A DNA stretch of 57,895 nt, from contig JANRJA010000048.1 of the NCBI GenBank assembly GCA_033764315.1, positions 1-57,895 of the forward strand. Direction: 5' to 3'. A model generated the notes under the pieces. It was not told where the DNA came from. It searched no databases and saw nothing but the letters and a program-made list of their open reading frames with translations. This document shows positions 42,144-50,122 of this stretch, one piece after another. Position numbers and translations under genes: made by a program. How positions within the stretch are numbered: the first letter of the stretch is position 1; each line of letters starts with the position of its first letter. This DNA comes from Oculatellaceae cyanobacterium bins.114 (GTDB taxonomy: Bacteria; Cyanobacteriota; Cyanobacteriia; Elainellales; Elainellaceae).

Positions 42144-43889
42144 ATGACCCTAGACGCCTTTGAATCTCTAACCGCACCTGGTCGCCCGCTGTGGATCTAT
42201 GACACTACCCTGAGAGATGGGGCACAGCGTGAGGGGTTGTCGCTTTCGATTGACGACAAATTGCGGATTGCCCGCCAACTCGACCAGATGGGGATTCCGT
42301 TTATCGAAGGGGGATGGCCCGGTGCAAACCCAAAGGATGTGCAGTTCTTTTGGCAACTCAAAGAAGAACCCCTGACCCAGGCTGAGATTGTGGCATTTTG
42401 TTCGACCCGTCGCCCCGGCAAAACTGCCGCGACTGACCCGATGCTACAACCAATTTTGGCAGCGGGAACCCGCTGGATTACTGTTTTTGGTAAATCGTGG
42501 GATTTGCATGTTACCGAGGGGCTAAAGACCACGCTGGAAGAAAATCTGGCAATGATTCAGGACACGCTCGACTATTTTCGGAGTCAAGATCGACGGGTGA
42601 TCTATGACGCAGAGCATTGGTTTGACGGCTACAAACAGAATCCTGAATATGCGTTGAAGACCCTAGAAGCCGCGATCGCTGGAGGAGCCGAGTGGTTAGT
42701 ACTCTGTGACACCAACGGCGGTACGTTGCCCCATGAAGTCAGTGCGATCGTCCAGGAAGTGTTTAAATTTGTTGAGGTGAGAAATCGCGCTATATCAGAA
42801 GGCGACTACCCCAAAGGGGGAACCGCTTTGCACCGCTTTTTGCATCCTCAATCTCAGCTTCCTCCCATCGGTATCCACACTCATAACGACTCTGGTACAG
42901 CGGTTGCCAATGCTCTGGCTGCTGTGATGGGGGGTGCTCGGATGGTGCAAGGCACGATCAATGGTTATGGCGAACGTTGTGGTAACGCTGATCTCTGTAC
43001 GTTGATCCCCAACTTGCAACTGAAGCTCGGCTTTCAGTGTGTGCAAGAGGAACAACTGGCGAAACTCACTGACTCCAGTCGTTTGATCAGCGAAGTCGTA
43101 AACCTCGCCCCCGATGACCATGCCCCCTTTGTGGGACTCTCTGCTTTTGCTCACAAGGGAGGCATTCATGTCAGTGCGGTGGAGCGCAATCCTCTCACCT
43201 ATGAGCACATTCAACCAGAGCAGATTGGTAATCGTCGCCGCATCGTCATTTCCGATCAGGCAGGGCTAAGCAACGTTTTAGCCAAAGCTCGCACCTTTGG
43301 TATTGATCTCGATAAAGAAGACCCCACCTGTCGGCAAATTTTGCAACGACTCAAAACATTGGAAAACCAGGGCTATCAGTTTGAGGCGGCAGAAGCCAGC
43401 TTCGAACTACTGATGCGCGAAGCCTTGGGGCAACGTCCACAATTTTTTGATCTCAAAGGTTTTCAAATCACCTGCAACATGGTGCCTGAGGTAAATGATG
43501 GGTGTAGTCAGGCAATGGCAACGGTGAAAGTGACAGTGGGCGATCGCGACATTTTAGAAGCCGCCGAGGGCAACGGCCCTGTCTCTGCCCTTGATTCTGC
43601 CCTCCGCAAAGCCCTAATTAACTTTTACCCGATCATTTCGACCTTCCACTTGAGCGATTATAAAGTGCGGATTTTGGATGGTACCGCTGGCACCTCCGCT
43701 AAAACACGAGTGTTGGTGGAATCGAGTAATGGATTGCAACGCTGGACAACGGTGGGGGTCTCTACCAACATTATTGAAGCGTCGTATCGAGCGGTGGTTG
43801 AGGGACTGGAGTATGGGCTGATGCTGCAAGATCAGGTGAAAGTGGCGCGCGGCGAAGCTGATACTGCAAAGGTCGTCTCTAGCAATTGA
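42144..43889 (+). CDS. cimA: Citramalate synthase
   Basis: YDTTLRDGAQREG, FGKSWDLHV, DAEHWFDG, HTHNDSG, GYGERCGNA and AHKGGIH. Confidence 0.92.
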   Translation: MTLDAFESLTAPGRPLWIYDTTLRDGAQREGLSLSIDDKLRIARQLDQMGIPFIEGGWPGANPKDVQFFWQLKEEPLTQAEIVAFCSTRRPGKTAATDPMLQPILAAGTRWITVFGKSWDLHVTEGLKTTLEENLAMIQDTLDYFRSQDRRVIYDAEHWFDGYKQNPEYALKTLEAAIAGGAEWLVLCDTNGGTLPHEVSAIVQEVFKFVEVRNRAISEGDYPKGGTALHRFLHPQSQLPPIGIHTHNDSGTAVANALAAVMGGARMVQGTINGYGERCGNADLCTLIPNLQLKLGFQCVQEEQLAKLTDSSRLISEVVNLAPDDHAPFVGLSAFAHKGGIHVSAVERNPLTYEHIQPEQIGNRRRIVISDQAGLSNVLAKARTFGIDLDKEDPTCRQILQRLKTLENQGYQFEAAEASFELLMREALGQRPQFFDLKGFQITCNMVPEVNDGCSQAMATVKVTVGDRDILEAAEGNGPVSALDSALRKALINFYPIISTFHLSDYKVRILDGTAGTSAKTRVLVESSNGLQRWTTVGVSTNIIEASYRAVVEGLEYGLMLQDQVKVARGEADTAKVVSSN

Positions 43890-44089
43890 TGGATGGTTTG
43901 CTCACGCCATTGAGCCTTGTCCTAATGAGGTGGAACGACTGCAAGAGGAGCCGGATACTGGAGTATCTGTATAGACAATTCGGGACAACTTGTGAGCGGT
44001 TGCCGTAATTGCGTTCGGGACACCCATTTTTGTCCGCAGGGTAACAATTTAGCTTTCTTCTTGCCTGAAGGCGCGGAATACGCTTGGAA

Positions 44090-44170
44090 AGCTAACGGTG
44101 AAGTTGTGCAGCGGCAGGTAACCTTGAACTCAACACAAATGGCTTTCGACCGTCCGCTCCAACGGGTTGT
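44090..44170 (+). other. Integron attC-like recombination site, right core box interrupted by the intron
   Basis: AGCTAAC (R''-like); arms GTTGtGcAGCGG / CCGCTCCAAC pair with two extrahelical bases; ends GGGTTGT| at the intron. Confidence 0.65.
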
Positions 44171-44785
44171 GTACGCCCAGCATGGGCGTGAACGAATGGG
44201 GTGAAAGTCCCCTGTCGAAGAACCAACGTCCAAATGATCACTTTATATAGATCCGAGTGACGACAACGACTAGCCTCAGGCAAGGGCGTTTCCGTGAGGA
44301 AGGGTCTAAAGGAAGCTGGCGGCAAATCTACGAGCTGACGAACAGAAACGCCATAGAAGGCTGAATCCTCCGGGGTGAGTTAGCACACCATAACAAAACC
44401 CATTGGTTCAGGAGGTACGGTAAATGGCGCGGTTGTGTAGAGACAGTTCACGGCTCTTATCTGGGGAGATCTGTTCGATAGCAGTTTGGAGAACTAAGGG
44501 AGTCGGACTGAGGGCTATCTGGAAACGGGTAGAGCAACCACCGAACCCTACGGCACTCAATCGGCACAATCAGCAGTAATGCGGGTTGGCAAATCGAACA
44601 GAAGTCAGCCGAGGTCATAGTAACTGAAAGTCCAGTGAAGGACCGAACATTACCGTATAGGTCAGAGCCTCCAACTCAGACACAGCGATGAACCCGAATG
44701 GGGAGCAGTGGATTGGCGTTGTGCCATACAGCCAGCCTTAGAGACAACAAACCTGATGGAGAGAATTGTCAAATCCCAGAACGTT
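44171..44785 (+). mobile_element. Class IIC group II intron, 5' fragment (D1-D3 and start of D4/IEP; RT, D5 and D6 missing)
   Basis: Starts GTACGCCCAGCATGGGCG...GGGGTGAAAGTCCCC. Also contains TAGCCTCAGGCAAGGG, GGAAGC..CGGCAAA, CTGACGAACAGAAAC, CTTATCTGGGGAGATCTG, the D2 stem CTGTTCGA/TCGAACAG, D3 AGTCAGCCGAGG...GAAGGACCGAA, and IEP start NLMERIVKSQN. Confidence 0.85.
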
Positions 44786-44821
44786 TACCAGCCAAGGTTA
44801 TTGTCGCCGAACAATTGTCTC

Positions 44822-44862
44822 AAACATTAAGGCAGACATTGAGGCAGCATTGAGACAGACAT
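44822..44862 (+). repeat. Imperfect 11-12-bp tandem repeats (ACATTGAGGCAG) upstream of the response regulator
   Basis: acattaaggcag acattgaggcag cattgagacag acat. Confidence 0.6.
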
Positions 44863-44974
44863 GCTACATACAGGGCTGCAAACATCGCCAGGTTAATATT
44901 TATATACCTGAAACCTAAGTGCAACGTTTAACATCTTATAGATTAGGCTACTCAATCCCTGTCTTTGTTTCCCC

Positions 44975-47044
44975 ATGAGAATTTTGTTAGTGGATGACGA
45001 TGAGATCTTCATTCAAGCTCTTGCCCAGAAATTAACCGCACAACATTATGCAGTCGATATTGCACTCGATGGTGAGATGGGCTGGAGTTATGCTCAATTC
45101 GCTGTCTATGACCTCATTGTGCTAGACATCAATTTGCCAAAACTCGATGGTATTGGCTTGTGTCAGCAATTACGCCGTAATAAATACAGCAACTCAATCT
45201 TGTTATTGACGGCTAAAGGAAATAGCTCTGATAAGGTCATGGGGCTTGATGCAGGAGCCGATGATTACGTTGTTAAACCCTGCCCCATTGAAGAAATTTG
45301 TGCTCATATTCGAGCTTTGCTCCGTCGTCAAACAACACCAAGCACCCCTATTTTAGAATGGGGTCGGCTGCGGTTAGATCCGGGCACCTGTGAAGTTGTC
45401 TATCAAGAGCAACTATTAACCCTATCTCCTAAAGAATATGGGTTGTTGGAGTTATTTTTGCGGAACCCTCAACGAGTGTTTAGCAGCAGCAGCATTTTGG
45501 AACATCTTTGGGGATTTGATGACGTCCCTGGTGAAGAAACTGTCAGAACGCATATTAAACGCCTGCGCCGCAAGCTCAAATCGGCTGGGGCAGATGATTT
45601 AATTGATACGGTATATGGCATGGGATATCGCCTCAAGCCAATCATAGAACAGCCTTCTTCTGCGGCGATCGCCACAGATCAGAACTCTAATCAAGCACGC
45701 ACCGCCGCGATCGCCGTTTGGGAAAAATTTAAGCCCCCGATGCTAGAGCGTGTAGCTGTTTTAGAAGAAGCTGTTACAGCACTTAAAGTCGGATATTTGC
45801 CCGATGAGGTTCAACAAGCGGCTCTCAGAGCTGCTCATAAACTAGCCGGTTCTCTAGGCATGTTTGGTTTCCCCAATGGGACAGAGATTAGTCGAGATAT
45901 TGAACGGTGGTTGCAAAGGGCAACTCAAACTAGCCACTTCATGCAACTGCAAGCCCTGGTCACACAATTACAGCAAGAACTTCAAAAACCTCCTAAACCT
46001 TCTGCGTGGGATGTAGATCTGTTGTCTGACAGTCAAGAGCAGGGGCAAGACCAAAACGGTCTCACGAACGGTCTCACTGCTCCCACGATGTCCCTCTCAC
46101 CAGGGATAGCACAGCCTGGAGCAGTGACACAACCTGAGTCAGTTGTGTTAAGCCAAAAGCGATCGCCCCAAATCAACGTTTTGGCAATTGATGATGATCC
46201 TGCCATCTTAGAGACGCTGCAACAGATTTTGCTGCGATGGGGAATTCAATGCAGTTCGTTAAGTGATCCGGGTCAACTTTGGTCAACGCTAGAAACAGTG
46301 ACTCCTGATCTGCTCATTTTAGATGTCGATATTCCCAATATTAATGGCATTGACCTTTGTCGCACAATTCGCAATGACGCGACCTGGAGCCACCTACCAA
46401 TCCTGTTTCTCAGCGTCTATAGAGATGCTGAAACAATTGTAAAACTGTATAGTGCTGGAGCTGATGACTATGTGGCCAAGCCTTTTACTGAACCAGAGAT
46501 TGTCACCCGTATTTTTAATCGGCTAGAGCGAACCCGGATGCGACACAATGTTGCGGGGTTTGATCCTCTAACTGGGGTCGCTAATTGGCAGAGTTCTACC
46601 CAAGTTTTGAATCGTTACATTAACCTTGCTCAACAACAACAGCAACCCTTGTGTGTGGCTGTAATTAAGTTGGGTCAGATTGCGCAGGTGAACTATCAAC
46701 ACGGACATGAAGTGGGAGATGCGGTGCTTAAACAAGTGGCCGCTACATTGCAACAGTCCTTTTCTGAGCGAGATATCGTTGCTCGATGGGGTGGAGCAGA
46801 GTTTTTAGTTGGAATGTATGGTATCCACCAGCAAGAGGCTCTGGAACGTCTGAAGCAACTGTTACATCGAGTTCGACATGAAATAGCTCTAGTCGTGGAT
46901 GTAACCCATCCACTCCAGTTGAGTTTTAGTGCTGGCGTTGCCGAAGCTCCTCAACACGGGCTTGATTTACAGAGTTTATATCAGTTAGCGAGTGCAGCGA
47001 TGCAGCAAGTGGTAGATGCCAATGAACAAGGAGCGGATGAGTAA
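44975..47044 (+). CDS. Multidomain response regulator REC-wHTH(OmpR)-Hpt-REC-GGDEF(degenerate); RcaC-like architecture
   Basis: REC, VRTHIKRLRRKL..IDTVYGMGY, Hpt AHKLAGSLG, a second REC, and RWGGAEF. Confidence 0.9.
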   Translation: MRILLVDDDEIFIQALAQKLTAQHYAVDIALDGEMGWSYAQFAVYDLIVLDINLPKLDGIGLCQQLRRNKYSNSILLLTAKGNSSDKVMGLDAGADDYVVKPCPIEEICAHIRALLRRQTTPSTPILEWGRLRLDPGTCEVVYQEQLLTLSPKEYGLLELFLRNPQRVFSSSSILEHLWGFDDVPGEETVRTHIKRLRRKLKSAGADDLIDTVYGMGYRLKPIIEQPSSAAIATDQNSNQARTAAIAVWEKFKPPMLERVAVLEEAVTALKVGYLPDEVQQAALRAAHKLAGSLGMFGFPNGTEISRDIERWLQRATQTSHFMQLQALVTQLQQELQKPPKPSAWDVDLLSDSQEQGQDQNGLTNGLTAPTMSLSPGIAQPGAVTQPESVVLSQKRSPQINVLAIDDDPAILETLQQILLRWGIQCSSLSDPGQLWSTLETVTPDLLILDVDIPNINGIDLCRTIRNDATWSHLPILFLSVYRDAETIVKLYSAGADDYVAKPFTEPEIVTRIFNRLERTRMRHNVAGFDPLTGVANWQSSTQVLNRYINLAQQQQQPLCVAVIKLGQIAQVNYQHGHEVGDAVLKQVAATLQQSFSERDIVARWGGAEFLVGMYGIHQQEALERLKQLLHRVRHEIALVVDVTHPLQLSFSAGVAEAPQHGLDLQSLYQLASAAMQQVVDANEQGADE

Positions 47045-47195
47045 TTTTCCACCGACTCAGCAACTGATTTCCATCATTGGAGACGGTTAGAACTGCTCTA
47101 GAAATGGGATTACTCTCGATTCAGGCTCTATAGGCTTCCCTCTACAAAACTTTTATCTTGCGATCGCCCTCAGAATATGGGATATTTTTTCTTAT

Positions 47196-47229
47196 AAACT
47201 ACGGTAAATTGGTAGATTTATCGTAGTTT
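47196..47229. promoter_or_regulatory. Long palindromic operator candidate upstream of the cysE-aminotransferase unit
   Basis: AAACTACGGTAAAT-tggtag-ATTTATCGTAGTTT (13/14 arm match). Confidence 0.6.
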
Positions 47230-47317
47230 TCTGGAGTCCATCATTCACATCCCTGTATTACAGCAACAGCAGGGGATGAATTTGGAGTATTGCTATGTCT
47301 TATAGCGGAGTTTTGGT

Positions 47318-47452
47318 ATGACTTTTAGGCTGCGCCAAGGTCGTTTCGACTTAAAATTCTGGGCGTTGAAATCCTTGAGATCAAAGTTACTTACTTTTAT
47401 CGTTTCGCTATTTGTGGGGGCGATTGCTATTCCATTTTTAGCCTCTCATTAA
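47318..47452 (+). CDS. Putative unannotated 44-aa single-TM protein
   Basis: MTFRLRQGRFDLKFWALKSLRSKLLTFIVSLFVGAIAIPFLASH*; GGAG lies 7 nt upstream. Confidence 0.4.
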   Translation: MTFRLRQGRFDLKFWALKSLRSKLLTFIVSLFVGAIAIPFLASH

Positions 47453-47519
47453 TCTCTTCATTCATCTCTAAAGTCTGTGTTGGAACACTCCAATCATTTC
47501 ATAAGGATCACTCACCATC

Positions 47520-48366
47520 ATGTTGAGATCTCACGATCAATCGCTCCATCAATCTACTGATCAATCCACTGGCTTAGCTGAGCAATCTGCTTCTATATCT
47601 GAGAATGGCAAGCAGCAACTAGAAGCAGCATCACTCTGGCAGTCTTGGAAAACAGATTTACAAACGGTCATACAACGCGATCCAACTATTTCATCTCAAC
47701 AGGCGGCTCTGTTTTATTCTCCGGGTTTTCAAGCTTTAGTGTTACACCGTTTGGCTTACAGGCTCCGATGTTGGGGTGTTCCTGTTTTACCGCGTTTGGT
47801 CTCTCAACTCAATCGGTTTTTAACGGGAATTGAAATTCACCCCGGAGCACAAATTGGCAGGGGTGTTTTTATTGCTCATGGCATGGGAGTGGTCATTGGT
47901 GAGACCGCGATTGTGGGTCAGGGCAGTGTCATCTATCAGGATGTTACGCTGGGTGGAACGGGCAAGGAAAGTGGTAAACGTCATCCCACGTTGCGAGATA
48001 ATGTTGTGGTGGAAGCAGGGGCAAAGGTGCTAGGTAATATTGTGATTGGTAATCATGTGCGAATTGGGGCAGGCTCAATCGTGTTGCGAGATGTGCCCGA
48101 TAACAGTGTTGTGGTTGGGGTCCCTGGTCGAGTGATTTATCGGGGCAATTCATCAGAGCAGTTAACCGAGTAACGAATTATTACCCGATCTAGAAGCTCA
48201 AGTGATTCAGATCTTATTTGAACGAGTCAAACAGTTAGAAGCCGACGTGACTCGTTTAAGATCAGAATTTGTGATTTCAACTGATCAACCGACGGAACAG
48301 GAATCACAGTCGATCGCTCAGTCAAATCATTTTATCGAAGACTTTTTAGACGGTGCGGGAATCTAA
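47520..48366 (+). pseudogene. cysE: Serine O-acetyltransferase paralogue with a frameshift near 48165 (first frame stops at 48173)
   Basis: RDP, TGIEIHPGA, VTLGGTGKESGKRHPT. The +1 frame continues LLPDLEAQVIQILFERVKQLE...FLDGAGI*. Confidence 0.85.
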
Positions 48367-48370
48367 CGCC

Positions 48371-49537
48371 ATGACCCATCTTGAGAAAAAGAAAACTTCT
48401 GCGAAAGTCGATCAATTCACCGAATCAGTGATTCGAGAAATGACACGGGTCGCGTTGCAATATCAGGCGGTGAACTTAGCTCAGGGATTTCCTGATTTTG
48501 CTTGCCCACCCGAACTCAAACAAGCGGCCTATGAGGCGATCGCGCAAGATGTAAATCAGTATGCGATTACGTGGGGCGATCGCTTATTTCGACAGGCGAT
48601 CGCTGAAAAAGTGCAGTGGTATCTGGGAATTACGGTTGATCCAGAGCGAGAGATTACAGTGACGTGCGGTTCCACCGAGGCAATGGCAGCGACGATGCTG
48701 GCACTGGTTGATCCAGGCGATGAGGTGATTGTTTTTGAACCCTATTACGAAAATTATGGGCCTGATGCAATTTTGGCGGGAGCCATTCCCCGCTATGTGA
48801 CGCTGCATCCACCCCACTGGACGTTTGATGAAGCTGAACTGCGTCAGGCATTTAGCGATCGCACGAAAGCAATTATCGTCAACACGCCGCATAACCCAAC
48901 GGGCAAAGTCTTCAGCCGCGACGAGTTGTTAGTGATTGCAGAGCTCTGTCAGCAATGGGATGTGCTAGCATTCACTGACGAAATTTATGAACACATTCTC
49001 TACGATGGGGTAGAGCACATTGCTCTAACTACCTTATCGGGAATGAGCGATCGTACTGTCACCATCAATGGACTTTCCAAAACCTACAGCGTGACTGGGT
49101 GGCGTGTTGGCTATATTCTGGCTCCCTTTGAGTTGACCAAAGCGATTCGCAAAGTCCACGATTTCTTGACTGTAGGAGCCGCGGCCCCACTACAACGAGC
49201 CGGGGTTGCCGCAATGCAATTGCCACTCAGTTACTATGAAAATCTGGCAAAAATCTATCATGAAAAACGAGACTTCATCACACAACTGCTGGATCAGGTG
49301 AATGTGCCCTACTTCTTACCCCAAGGGGCTTATTACGTGTTGGCGGATATTTCCAAATTTGGCTATGCCAGCGATGTTGAGTTCACCTACCATTTGATTC
49401 AAAACATTGGGGTAGCGGTTGTTCCTGCCTCAAGTTTCTTTAGCCGAGCTGAGTTGGGGCGATCGCTGATCCGCTTTTGTTTCAGCAAAACACCTGCAAC
49501 GCTCCAGGCAGCACGAGAAAGGTTATTAAAACTCTAA
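48371..49537 (+). CDS. PLP-dependent aminotransferase class I/II
   Basis: NLAQGFPDF, NTPHNPTG, DEIYEH, SKTYSVTGWRVG and RFCFSK. Confidence 0.92.
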   Translation: MTHLEKKKTSAKVDQFTESVIREMTRVALQYQAVNLAQGFPDFACPPELKQAAYEAIAQDVNQYAITWGDRLFRQAIAEKVQWYLGITVDPEREITVTCGSTEAMAATMLALVDPGDEVIVFEPYYENYGPDAILAGAIPRYVTLHPPHWTFDEAELRQAFSDRTKAIIVNTPHNPTGKVFSRDELLVIAELCQQWDVLAFTDEIYEHILYDGVEHIALTTLSGMSDRTVTINGLSKTYSVTGWRVGYILAPFELTKAIRKVHDFLTVGAAAPLQRAGVAAMQLPLSYYENLAKIYHEKRDFITQLLDQVNVPYFLPQGAYYVLADISKFGYASDVEFTYHLIQNIGVAVVPASSFFSRAELGRSLIRFCFSKTPATLQAARERLLKL

Positions 49538-49767
49538 GGCGGTTGCTGGCATAATTGCTAAACGCGGTATTGGCTGTTGCACGCTTGCCTGTGTTGGATT
49601 ATTGCTGCCAGTTTACCTTACTTTTTGAGACACCCCAGTTACAGCACGGGTGGGAGGTTGTGCGATCGCCTCTCAGTTTGGTGGTTAAAAGGTCTTGCTA
49701 CACTCAGCTTATGTTGCAGGGTAAAGCCAAGTAGTTTGCCTTGATAGTGTGCATGCAAGTTATACCC

Positions 49768-49856
49768 ATTCAATCCATAACGGTTACAGATCAGCGGTAG
49801 GGGCGTTTCGCGAAACGCCTTTACGAGGAGATTGATGTGTAGCCTAAATTTCTAGA
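49768..49856 (+). repeat. ~90-bp dispersed repeat with a REP (GTAG-type) core, copy 2
   Basis: Core GTAGGGGCGTTTCGCGAAACGCCTTTAC; flanks shared with 30998-31088. Confidence 0.75.
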
Positions 49857-50122
49857 AATGATACCATCGCGGATTCTCAATACCATGATTTGAGATGGTA
49901 AACTTTGGCAGCCTTCTTTAGCTTCTGAGGAAAATTAATGGGTGATCTGGTTTTTACGGTGTGTTATTCGATCAGTTCAGCAAGATTCTAACAATGCTTT
50001 AGGGTTGGATAGGTATGCTGAACTCTTGTTTGGAGGGAAATATTTACCGCATTATGTGTTCTCATAACAGACTTGATATTTAAGATAATCGCTCTACCCC
50101 TCTTTACCCCTCTCCCCGTACC

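Noticed and set aside
6108-43829. Many short antisense or alternate-frame ORFs inside dusB, gpmI, ABC-F, the GGDEF/EAL gene, pst genes, topA, ndhB, thiOG and cimA
   Set aside because: Shadow ORFs of well-supported genes, with no independent motifs.
43922-44325. Three short ORFs (43922-44233, 43992-44204, 44092-44325)
   Set aside because: They run across the attC-like hairpin and the intron RNA, and show no protein motifs; treated as chance frames.
44822-44862. Tandem repeats (here, at 7998-8037 and at 251-358) as a CRISPR array
   Set aside because: The units are too short, have no unique spacers, and no cas genes are present.
50035-50100. Possible ModE box upstream of modBC
   Set aside because: Match to the consensus is too weak.
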